Assembly (NCBI RefSeq): GCF_001194135.2
Contig: NC_068981.1
Span: 113,810,406-113,862,467, forward strand
DNA length: 52,062 bases
Direction: 5' to 3'
From: Octopus bimaculoides
Lineage: Eukaryota
In this document: positions 1 through 10,371 of the stretch, in pieces
How the letters are laid out: every line of letters begins with the position of its first letter
Position numbering within the stretch: position 1 is the first letter of the stretch
Made by a program: the position numbers and the translations under genes
The notes under the pieces: generated by a model
The model's input: the letters and a program-made list of their open reading frames with translations, nothing else
What the model was told of the DNA's origin: nothing
Databases searched by the model: none

Positions 1-375
1 TCTCTGATCATGAGCAGAAGTAGTGGGGGAGCATCATAGCCATGTGTTGAGAGGAATTCTTTGGGGTTTGAATAATTCACCTTTGAAGACATGGGTGTTT
101 TGCTCAACATCCTTAAACAAACCTTATTCAGGGACCTTTTGAGCGGGATGGGCTACTCGTCCTGATGTAACTAACGGGGCCCCACCTGCGAGGTCATGCG
201 CTGTTTATCTTGATATGAGATCACCATGTCGCGCACATATGGTTGTGATGCATGTGCCTGGTGTATCCTTATCAGACGAGTAGTCATGATGGGTATACTG
301 GGCTTCGTATAATTGTACTCCAGTGTCATTTTGATGGCATGCACTGCTCTCTCACTCAATTATGATAATAATGAT
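1..375 (+). mobile_element. 3' portion of an interspersed retroposon-like repeat ending in a degenerate (AAT)n tail
   Basis: GC-richer block ends ...gcactgctctctcactc followed by aattatgataataatgat. It resembles a common octopus repeat as I recall it; the family is not assigned. Confidence 0.45.
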
Positions 376-659
376 ATTTGTGTAGTAGATAAATTTTAGG
401 CAGGGGGTTAAGATTAGATAAACGAAACGAAACCTTCTATAGACATCATTTTTAAAGATAGATTATTTGGCAGTGGTCTTTAAAAAGTGTGGTTTAGCCA
501 TTTATCCGAAGTCAGAAATCAGGCGAAGAGGTAAACATTTTTATAGTAATTAAAAATATGTATTTGTTATGAATTTCAGGTGGAACTAATGTAAAGTAGC
601 TTGAGCACAGCTACTTTTGCTCAATTGACTTTTACAAACCTTATTAAATGATAAACTGC

Positions 660-666
660 TCTCTCC

Positions 667-729
<63 letters not shown>
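660..729. repeat. (CT)n(CA)n compound microsatellite
   Basis: Directly visible. Representative of dozens of CA/TG, TA, TATG, AG and GTCT tracts across the window (e.g. 1200-1370, 10255-10368, 14657-14718, 26306-26416, 39067-39172, 51970-52062). Confidence 0.98.
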
Positions 730-731
<2 letters not shown>

Positions 732-1217
732 CTTTTAAATGCATATTTTAGTGTGTATTCTTACATATAACTCCCCAGATACATATATAGAATCTTACAT
801 AACACGTTTCTTATCCAATTTTTCCTGTTGGTATATAGTAAATGGACCCCAAATACCTGAATTCAACAGAAATTCAATCCAAAATATAAGCATCCTTTGA
901 GGAATGTCATAAAATTTTCTATTTAATGATGGAAACATAATTTAGATTTTTTATAATATACGAAACGTTTCATAATACTTATTTCTACACAAGAGGAAAT
1001 TAATTGAAAAGAACGTTCTAAATCCCATATAGCGTAATGAAAGAATATTTCAACGCGTCATTTTACACGAAATATCGATTAATGAGTGTATTGTTAAAGT
1101 CAACACGGAAAAAATTCTTGGTTTAAAAAAATATTTTCCCTTTTTTTTAAATATTTACTTTGTAATTTCATAATTTCAAGAGATTTGACATGTCTGTACC
1201 TATACACACACATACAC

Positions 1218-1263
<46 letters not shown>

Positions 1264-1377
1264 ACACACACACACATGCGTTTGTGTGTGTGCGTTTGTG
1301 TGTGTGCGTTTGTGTGTGTGCGTTTGTGTGTGTGCGTTTGTGTATGTATATTTATATATATGTATGTATATATTCTT

Positions 1378-1669
1378 TCATCTTTTTATCTTTTTATCTG
1401 TTTCTCTCCTTTGACTGCGGCCATTCTGGAGTACTGACTTGAAGGGTTTTTACTCGAATGAATCGACTTATTTTTTAAGCCTAGTACATATCCTAACAGT
1501 CTTTTTTGCCTAACCGTTAAGATACGGGAGCGTAAAGGCACCAGCACCGGCTGTTAAGCAGTGATGGGGAACAATCAGACGCAAAGACACACACACACAC
1601 ACACACACACACACGTAGACACGCACAACACACACACATACACACACACAGACACCACACACACACACA

Positions 1670-1714
<45 letters not shown>

Positions 1715-1840
1715 ATATATATATACGACAGTCTCCTTTCAATTTTCGTCTACCAAATTCACTCACAAGGCTTTGGTCGAACCGGGGCTATAGCAGAAGA
1801 CACTTGCCCAAGGTGCCATGCAGTGGAACTAAACCCGGAG
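1378..1840 (-). mobile_element. tRNA-derived SINE (family 1) with internal microsatellite, 5' end truncated near the B box
   Basis: Reverse complement of the body (..ggcaccttgggcaagtgtcttctgctatagcc..ccttgtgagtgaatttggtagacgaaa) and of the tail (..tactaggcttaaaaaataag..ccagaatggccgcagtcaaa..aaaga) seen in the other copies. Confidence 0.8.
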
Positions 1841-2162
1841 TCCCGCTGCGTGGCATCTTGGGCAAGTATCTTCTACTATAGCCTCGGGACAACCAGAGCC
1901 TTGTGAGTGGATTTGGTAGACGGAAACTCAAAGAAGCCCGGCGCATATACATATGATTGTGTGCCTGCGTTTGTCCCTCCACCATCGCCTGACAATAGAT
2001 GTTGGAGCGTTTACGTCCACAGAATCTAGCGGTTCGGCAAAAGATACCGATAGAATAAGTACTAGGCTTACAAAGAATAAGTCCTGGGGTCGATTTGCTC
2101 GACTAAAGGCGGTGCTCCAGCACGGCAATCAAATGACGGAAACCGATAAAAGAATAAAAGAA
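1841..2162 (+). mobile_element. tRNA-derived SINE (family 1), head-truncated
   Basis: ctgcgtggcatcttgggcaag..gccttgtgagtggatttggtagacggaaact..gatagaataagtactaggcttacaaagaataagtcctggggtcgatttgctcgactaaaggcggtgctccagc..aaaagaataaaaga. Matches copies at 19540, 30914, 35483 and 48205. Confidence 0.9.
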
Positions 2163-2543
2163 AAAGAATGTTTGCATCCTACTTCTCTGGTTTTTACTAG
2201 TGTTCATTGAAAATGTAAATACGTTAGTTTTGCATTGATGGATTTGTGTATTTAAATTATTCATGAATGAGAAAATGAAGACATCAGTTTATTCAAAGAT
2301 ATTCAAATCAATATAATATGAAATTCTTAGCCTTTCAGCCGTTTCCATAGACATTTAATTCAATTAGACAAATCAAATTAAATTAATTTAATTTAAAAGT
2401 TTCATATTGAAACTGGTTAATTGGGTGTTTCACTAGGGGAGATTTTTCCAAAAAGGAGTTACATCCCAACATGTTGGTCAAACCTTGACAGACTCAGATG
2501 AGTGCGTTTTGGTGAGGCATGCATTAAAAAAAGAACGTTATTA

Positions 2544-2581
<38 letters not shown>

Positions 2582-2583
<2 letters not shown>

Positions 2584-2710
2584 GAGAATTTACGAAAAAA
2601 AAACAACAGGCGAAGACAGGTGGTGTAAACAACAAATGGATGTATTAGTTTAACGCTCGGGAATAGAGGAAGTCTTTGGCGTTTCGGGACTACGCTCTTC
2701 AACTGAAAGG
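2582..2710 (+). mobile_element. Interspersed repeat abutting (TA)n, probable PLE terminal sequence
   Basis: gggagaatttacg..gaagacaggtggtgtaaacaacaaatggatgtattag recurs inverted at 31325-31392, with a related copy at 28525-28690. PLE assignment is an inference. Confidence 0.5.
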
Positions 2711-3285
2711 AAAAATGTGTATTTTATGGTAATCTGACCTTAGAGTCCCTCATAGCGTGAGGCACTATTGTATAGTAATGCCCTTATATAAATAAATATA
2801 TATTTTGGGAATAAATGATGGATTTTTCCTCCTTATGAGTTTTTTTTTCACGCTAGCTACTTGATAAATTCTTGTAAAAGAATTCATCCTATTATTGAAT
2901 TTAAATATATAACCAGAATTTATTCAATGCTGAATTTATTTTGAGAAAAAATACACATGTACCGAGATGCAATTCAAAATTCCCGCCACTTACATAAGTA
3001 AATACCGATGAACAGTCTTCTATGTACTATATTGGATACACGGTGTTCGTTTGGTATGTGGATTTTCTGTTTACCTATATTTATCTTGACCATATTATAC
3101 TGACCAGTAGAGGTTGTATAATACTACAATAACTATGAAATCATGATCTATAATTTAGTCTGTTTTTAAGGGCCTGGATTTGAGAGTTCGGTAAAAATGT
3201 GTTTTTTATGGTAGTCTGACCTTAGAGTCCCTCATAGCGTGAGGCATTATTGTATAGTAATACCCTTATATAAATAGATATATAT
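2711..3285 (+). repeat. Pair of ~90-bp direct repeats (2711-2802 and 3193-3285)
   Basis: aaaaatgtgt.ttttatggta.tctgaccttagagtccctcatagcgtgaggca.tattgtatagtaat.cccttatataaata occurs twice, offset 482 bp, with about 5 differences. Confidence 0.92.
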
Positions 3286-3293
3286 ATGTATGT

Positions 3294-3339
<46 letters not shown>

Positions 3340-3617
3340 NNNNNNNNNNNNNNNNNNNNNNNNNNNNNNNNNNNNNNNNNNNNNNNNNNNNNNNNNNNNN
3401 NNNNNNNNNNTATGTATATATATATATAGCAATAAGAAAATGGAAGGGAATATATGGTACTCATCAACTTGCAGACACTGTATTCCGTTGATTAATCTGT
3501 TTATTTTATAACTAAATTGACAAAAAAACACAATATACAGACACTTATGACATACCATGTCATATCAACAATTAAGATTTCAAATTTAAAGGACATTTAG
3601 CAATTGGAGAAGGGACA

Positions 3618-3753
3618 AAATCTTACAGCTGTTTCGGCCTAGCGTTGGCATGCCCCATTCTATCTCTATAGCTCCCGTACGCTGGAGTAATTAGTAGATG
3701 AAAATGATGTAATGAGGGTACATGCATGATTCGCTAGGTCTCGTCAGAGATTT
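3618..3753 (-). ncRNA. Type I hammerhead ribozyme motif (PLE-associated) with long stem II insert
   Basis: Minus strand reads AAATCT-CTGACGA-GACCTAGC-(89 nt)-GCTAGGCC-GAAA-CAGCTG-TA-AGATTT. Stem I is 6 bp, stem II pairs 7/8 with G10.1-C11.1, stem III is the palindrome ACAGCTGT, and the cleavage triplet is GUA. Confidence 0.8.
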
Positions 3754-3784
3754 ACAAAATTCAATGCATGAATTTTGCCAAAAG

Positions 3785-3872
3785 AAATATGTTTGAAATA
3801 GATGTGAGCGTGCGTTTGTAATACATAATAGTTGTTATTGGTAGTGGTGTTGCATTAGGGTAAACTAGGTCT

Positions 3873-3929
<57 letters not shown>

Positions 3930-4264
3930 TGAAAGTAGTGAGAGAGAGATTGAAAGAAAGATGGAGGGAGAGAATGTGAGGCAGAGAGAGCGGTAACATT
4001 CATCATGTAATTTTGCGTGCGTTGTTAAAATATTGGAGACAACGAAAAATATGACGTATTAAAAACTACTTGTTAATTACCATACTAGAGTATTGTGTCA
4101 TCTATATTTGTGTGTAATAGTTATGGTCAATACAAATTATTTAAACAAAAGAAAACGTAAACGTTACCAAATCGAATTGATAAAAGTTGTATAAAAAAAC
4201 CTAAATGACTAAAGCTACAACTACTACAAAATCAATACGTTTTATCTTTAACTTAGTTTAATGA
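3785..4264 (+). repeat. Repeat A copy 1 (~450 bp, internal (AG)n), probable PLE terminal repeat
   Basis: Homologous to 5178-5606 (inverted) and 13685-14096 (direct), e.g. the shared string aacgaaaaatatgacgtattaaaaact..ttgttaattaccata.tagagtattgtgtcatctatatttgtgt. Confidence 0.92.
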
Positions 4265-4289
4265 ATGGAATGATATAAAACAAAATGAT

Positions 4290-4690
4290 CTGAGTAGTAA
4301 TGAAAATATATTTTGTGATTGCAGAGTTAGAAGTAAATGTTTATTTAAAAATTATTGTAAGCAAAAGAATGCTGTTTTCAGATGTAAAGTGAAATCTGAA
4401 GGAAAGAGTTTCTTTTACATAAGGGCAAACAAAATTTTTATCAAAAATGCATCTCTAATCACATTTACAACTTTAATGATAGGAACGGGTTCTCTCGTAC
4501 GAGCCTCAGTAAATTTTGGGGGGACTTGAAAGGCAAGAAAAAAGTCTCTCTGTCGAGTGGTATCTGTCTCGACGAATTGTACCAAATCCTATATTCCAGA
4601 CGGCACCTCTTAAATACCAGGATTGAGACCGGATTTTCATGTCCACGCATGTAAATGGGATTTCAAAAACTACCATTAGATATATTATTA
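4290..4690 (+). pseudogene. Degenerate PLE Cys linker plus GIY-YIG endonuclease remnant
   Basis: Manual translation gives FCDCRVRSKCLFKNYCKQKNAVFRCKVKSEGKSFFYIRA..TSLSKFWGDLK..VEWY, resembling the CxC-x4-C-x4-C..VVY..YIG..STxLSKxxWxLK..EW pattern of PLE endonucleases. Frameshifted. Confidence 0.6.
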
Positions 4691-5177
4691 TCATAAATAA
4701 ATTAATTATATGTTAAAGCTACTAGTACTTTGAATAGGTCGGTATTTTCATGCTCAATACACTAACATCTGTAACTATAAGAATAAAGAATTCTTAGTAG
4801 ATATCATATAATATTAAATATTAATATTTAAATATTAATATTTCATCTTAAATATGAGGAAGGCGACTGATATTTGTATTGTATTCTGGCATGTTTTTGG
4901 GCGTTCAAAAATTGCCATCAGTTATATTACTATTATAAATAAATAATTATATATTAAAGTAACTAGAACTTTGAATCTGTCAATACTTCTCGTTTTATTA
5001 CACTAACATCTGTAAATATAAGGATTAAAGAATGCTTAGTAGATATAATATTGATATAAAAATATTTATTAAACAGTAAAGATTATATTGGGTTTTCTGT
5101 ACAGGTATAATCTGCGGTTTCTCTGGATGTAATACAGCACGTTTCTCATGGATTTGTCGCTGATATTTTATAATCTA

Positions 5178-5606
5178 ATACATTAAACTAAGTTAAAGAT
5201 GAAACGTATTGATTTCGTAATTGTTGTAGCTTCAGTAATTTAGGTTTTTTTTTACAACTTTTATCAATTCGATTTGGTAACGTTTTACGTTTTCCTTTGT
5301 TTACATAGTTTGTATTGACCATAACTATTAAACACAAATATAGATGACACAATACTCTAATATGGTAATTAACAAACAGTTTTTAATACGTCATATTTTT
5401 CGTTGTATCTGATATTTTACCAAACGCGCGCACAATTACATAATGAATGTTACCGCTCTCTCTCCAGCTCTCTCCCTCGTTAAATCTCTCTCTCTCTCTC
5501 TTTCACTCTCTATAACACCTAGTTCACCCTAACTGCAACACCACCACCAATAACAACTATTACGTATTACAATCGCACGCGCACAACTATATCAAATATT
5601 TGTTTA
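5178..5606 (-). repeat. Repeat A copy 2 (inverted relative to copies 1 and 3)
   Basis: Its reverse complement aligns with 13685-14096 at roughly 90% by eye. It ends at a (CA)n tract. Confidence 0.92.
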
Positions 5607-5610
5607 CACA

Positions 5611-5687
<77 letters not shown>

Positions 5688-5693
5688 GTATAT

Positions 5694-6610
5694 ATTCAGT
5701 AACAACTTTAGCTATGTGATTTGGTGCATCATCATCCTGAAAGACTGCGTTTCCCTCCGGAAACAGTTCTGCAACCATAGGATGANNNNNNNNNNNNNNN
5801 NNNNNNNNNNNNNNNNNNNNNNNNNNNNNNNNNNNNNNNNNNNNNNNNNNNNNNNNNNNNNNNNNNNNNNNNNNNNNNNNNNNNNNNNNNNNNNNNNNNN
5901 NNNNNNNNNNNNNNNNNNNNNNNNNNNNNNNNNNNNNNNNNNNNNNNNNNNNNNNNNNNNNNNNNNNNNNNNNNNNNNNNNNNNNNNNNNNNNNNNNNNN
6001 NNNNNNNNNNNNNNNNNNNNNNNNNNNNNNNNNNNNNNNNNNNNNNNNNNNNNNNNNNNNNNNNNNNNNNNNNNNNNNNNNNNNNNNNNNNNNNNNNNNN
6101 NNNNNNNNNNNNNNNNNNNNNNNNNNNNNNNNNNNNNNNNNNNNNNNNNNNNNNNNNNNNNNNNNNNNNNNNNNNNNNNNNNNNNNNNNNNNNNNNNNNN
6201 NNNNNNNNNNNNNNNNNNNNNNNNNNNNNNNNNNNNNNNNNNNNNNNNNNNNNNNATAGAAGTCCGACGGTCCCTATCTGAAATTTTCGCTTTTCTTGCG
6301 GAGTTTTGTTTCGACGTGGAGGTTTTTCCGTCTTTCTCAAAGGCTGTCATTACTTTCGAGACAATACTTCTGTTTCCGTTGCGCTAACAATTTGACGTCT
6401 TTGAAAGTCCGATAGATCTGTCATTTTAATGAACTTTAATTACATTTTTCTGATGATATCTGAAAAGAAACAGCAATTTTAGCAAAACATATTAAGCAAC
6501 ACTAATAATAAATTAAAAAACAAAACAAAAATAAACAAGCTTTTGACGGTTTTATAGATATTTCAAAATTATTATGCTAGATGTTTCCATTATTTTGTCC
6601 AACCCCTCTA
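5694..6610 (-). mobile_element. Tc1-family DNA transposon, 5' half (gap inside)
   Basis: TIR tgtttccattattttgtccaacccctcta at 6582-6610. Minus translation gives MTDLSDFQRRQIV..SKVMTAFEKDGKTSTSKQNSARKAKISDRDRRT and HPMVAELFPEGNAVFQDDDAPNHIAKVVTE, then stops at a microsatellite. Confidence 0.9.
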
Positions 6611-6634
6611 TGTATACTTACATATGACGGCAGG

Positions 6635-6975
6635 GATTTATATTTGGACTCGCTGTTTAGTACTTGTATTTGCAACAGTCATAGACGTCCTTCCTTTTGC
6701 CTAAGCTTCAGGAGCTGAACTCATCCACTCAGTAGGATCCACTTCATAAAACAATCTGTCAGCTGGGGACTAGTAAGTATCCTCACTCACGTTTGTGCTG
6801 ACGTAGTTGGCATCACACCTGAATAGTGGAGTTTCAACCGTCTATCAAAGTCTAACGTAAAAGAACCACGGAACCTGTGGGAGAGATACTGGTCGGTAGT
6901 GTTTAGCCTCCTCCACTAGTTCCTACTGTTTATCCGTAAGTATTGCGACATTCCAACGCCCAATCATTAATGATT
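6635..6975 (-). pseudogene. RTE-clade LINE apurinic endonuclease N-terminal remnant
   Basis: Manual translation gives IGRWNVAILTDKQ*ELVEEAKHYR..LKLHYSGV..VRILTSPQLTDC..LLKLR..SESKY, resembling Rex3/Expander-type TWNV..ELVxE..RYR..LHYSGV..VGxLxxPQL. Confidence 0.7.
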
Positions 6976-7149
6976 GTTTCTTCCTGGATGCACTTCGAAG
7001 TTCTGGGACATGCATTCTTTGGGTTATCACCGCGTCTCCCAAAACAAGCTGCAAAGCTTATTGCCAGTTGTACCAGCATTGGATGGGAACTACAATATGA
7101 AAGGTGTCAGAGAGAACAATAATCTACATCGTAGAGACGTTCGGATCTT

Positions 7150-7760
7150 AGTTGGAAGGATGTGTTCGAAAAATATATCGCCCTTTTCAGTGTCCTTATT
7201 TGCACCAGGTACCAAGACCACATGACAGTGAAATGTGTCCCTTCCATTAGTAACGGAAGTGCGAACGCTTCAGTCTAGTTAAATGGGGACTAGAGCAAAG
7301 CATAACAGTCAGGTGGTAAACATAAAGGAAGGTATTCGCCACTCCGGCTTAACATTTCAGGATTAACTTCGAGCCAGTCTATTTCTGGATGACGATGCCC
7401 ATCCTGCTCATAACCTCCTCCCTACTTGATCATACATTAGAGTCCCCAGGTGTTATTCTGCAAGTCCTCTAGTTTGTCCGGATTTATCTTTACTCCAATA
7501 ATCGCCTCATATTCCTTTACAGTTTGATACCATTACAGTGACATCATCCTTACGTCAATGCAGCTTTCGCATGCTCCAGCTAAACAGGGGTGCCCATTAT
7601 GAGTTCTAGGTTCGGCAACTAGGAATTATGATATCGGTATTGGCTACAACATCTATATCTAGGAATCCGAAGTTATTGATTAAGTAAATTTGCTTCCGAA
7701 CTGGCTGCCAGCCCATGTACTTTTACATATCCTACTCTGAATGACATTATGTTTACTGGA
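7150..7760 (-). pseudogene. Tx1/L1-clade reverse transcriptase remnant
   Basis: Fragments DDVTVMV, EYEAIIGVKINPDK and VANTF..YHLTV..LTRLKR..WKG resemble Tx1-type RT domains 5-7 and the downstream region. Heavily decayed. Confidence 0.55.
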
Positions 7761-8099
7761 AAAAATGGTGGGAGAGATTACTCGCTATTGCCTAATTTCT
7801 AAAGTGCTGGATAAATGTTGGACCTGATATGCTTTCGCTATGGTTATCAAGTCAGTTCCACCTGCGAATAAAACTGTAGATGATTTTAGCGAAAAGTGCT
7901 TCTTGGAAAATAGTATTTTGCGGACGATTTTGTTGCTTATGACACAAGCGGTATTTTGCACAATGGTAAGTTTAGAGAAATCCTTATTTCTCTTGCTAAT
8001 ATTTATATTTAGTAGTTCTCCTCTTTTAATTGATAGCAAGGGTGTAGTTGTCTTCTAAGTGAGGTATCTTCCTAACAACAGGGTTAGGAAGATACTAAT

Positions 8100-8790
8100 A
8101 TCTACTTTCGCATCAACAATGAGATTGACATGACTGATGTTAAACGGAAGGATAGAAATTGAGGCATAAGAGCAATCTAGACATTGTATCACAGAAAACG
8201 CCCAAATGAACAGTAAAGAGCGAAAAATCACTACACACAGTAACATTAGTTTAAGCTGCAAAACTAAATATGTACTCTGAGTTACCGATTCTTCCATGTG
8301 AATCAAGAGTATATAGACCGACCTAAACTAAAGCTGAAACTTAGTGTTGAAATATTTAATGTTCCAGCAGAAAGTTATGCATAGCTACATATCTCGCAAA
8401 CTAGAGAATAACAACAGTATTGACTGGAATAGCAGCCTTTCATGGACATGTCCGAGTTGCAGATTTCTTCAAATATCTATCTAGATGTTGTTACTATCAC
8501 TGATATAACGAAAGCACAGTGGGTGTTTTTGTTTGCAGATGGCCATTGAAGTCTGCCGAATACTTTTTTGTCATTCAAGTTTTACTCACAGCGCTAACAT
8601 ATACAATGCTCTTTTCAATTTTGGTGTATTTTTATTATTTATTAGAGTTAGGAAGATAGACAGGGTATAGTTATCAATATCTCTTGTTTGGTCGACAAGC
8701 TTTCCTCGTCTGATAACAAAATACGAACACTTCCTTTGATCAGACTCCCTTCCTATGTCCTTCGAGAATGTTATCAATTTAAATTTCTTT
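8100..8790. pseudogene. Old R4/Dong-like fragments in both orientations
   Basis: Plus strand: KTKYVL*VTDS/FHVNQEYIDR and SRKLENNNSIDWNSSLSWT (compare SRKLRDDSSIDHQSSLSWT at 11.3 kb). Minus strand 8590-8780: ITFSKDIGRESDQRKCSYFVIRRGK. Confidence 0.5.
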
Positions 8791-9299
8791 TGGTGTTGTG
8801 GATATTACTCGGAAACAGTTTAACGTCAGAAATATAAAAGGTGTGATTGATATTAATCATTCTTTCAGTATGTATAAATGTATGTATATGTATGCATGTA
8901 TTCACGAACATTATGTACATACGCATACATGTAAGTGATATAAAATCAACTAAAAATCGATAGAAATTACTTGAAATATCAAATGAGAAATATGATAAAC
9001 GACTATAAGCTGCAGTGCATTTTCTATTTACAATGTCTGTTCGGTAGATTTCTCACATTTAATATCTCAGTTGTAAATTTAACATTTATACTGCATCAAT
9101 AATTTATTATATCATGAGATGTACACTCCTGAGGAATTGATCGCGTACTATAACCTGGTGGTTTTCCATCTAGGAGGATGGAAATAATTAATACAATGTC
9201 ATGTATGTTAAGTATCAATCTTTGGTGCAGCAACGAATTTTCTTTGTTACATAACTTTCTAATAACTAACTTTAAAATGAAGTTCCCATATATATATAT

Positions 9300-9520
9300 G
9301 AAGATTCAGAATTTGGCACTTAAGTTGAGGCACCAAATCAGTCCCGTATGGTCCGCGCAGCTCGAAGTTAGGTGAATAAAAAGCAAATAAGTAACAAGGA
9401 TGTCCAGGTATCAGTGCAATACGTCGGTTTCAAGCGGCTCCATTTCATCGATCAATGAAAACATTACATCAATTTGAAATAAACCGCTCTCCTCGGTTGC
9501 AGATGACCATACAGATATCC
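9300..9520 (+). repeat. Repeat B copy (inverted partner at 10115-10250, relative at 40872-41107)
   Basis: taag.aacaaggatgtccaggtatcagtgca..gtttcaagc.gctcca..aaaacatt.catcaatttgaaataaacc..ctcctcgg..gaccatacagat is shared with the reverse complement of 10115-10250. Confidence 0.85.
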
Positions 9521-10325
9521 TTTTTCTCTTACTTGGTTCTTAAATCCTTTTCTAAATTTTAATATTTTAATATATAAATTTTGCTAAGTTTGGAAACGCA
9601 TTTTCCCCGTGCACTTAGATCTCATTGTGATCTCTTTTGTTTTCCAATTGAGACCCCTTTTACTTGAGAATCATATGCTAAGTCATCCCTGTCCTTCCTC
9701 TTTCTGGTTATCCCCTTTTCTTTATATATTATTATCTTACTAGCAACTTCTGAGCCATATTCTTTTATGTAGATATGGATGGTTTTATGGTCCCAGTAAA
9801 ATAGGGGTAGGGGAGAGTATCTGACATTAATTAATTTATCACCACCAGAAAAGACTTAACTGTCAATTCCCAAATGGATTTAATTGAGTCTTTTGAATGT
9901 GATAAGGATAAAGATGGATGTAGCTATATTACCATTACTCTTTCTTGACACCTATTAATTTCTTCTTCCACTCTAAATTATAGTAGGCTTTAAGTATTTT
10001 TTCCCTAAATTCATTCTGCCACAAAAATGACAAAGAGAAGCAATGTAATTATTTTAGTCTCTAGCACTGATGAAAAATGTTCTAAAAAATATAATGGTGT
10101 AACCTGTAAGCTGGAAATCTGTATGGTCGTCTTCTTCCGAGGATAGTGGTTTATTTCAAATTGATGAAATGTTTTCGTTGACCGATTAACTGGAGCTGCT
10201 TGAAACGGCCGTGATGCACTGATACCTGGACATCCTTGTTCCTTATTTGTTTTATACATACATACATACATACATACATACATACATACATACATACGTA
10301 CGTACATACATACATGCATACATAC

Positions 10326-10371
<46 letters not shown>

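Noticed and set aside
2670-2710. Hammerhead on the minus strand (ttgaagagcgtagtcccgaaac)
   Set aside because: It lacks C3, a paired stem II and stem III in this copy. It might derive from a variant but is unsupported here.
6990-7090. HDV-like ribozyme in the RTE 5' region
   Set aside because: I could not build the P1-P4 nested pseudoknot from this decayed copy.
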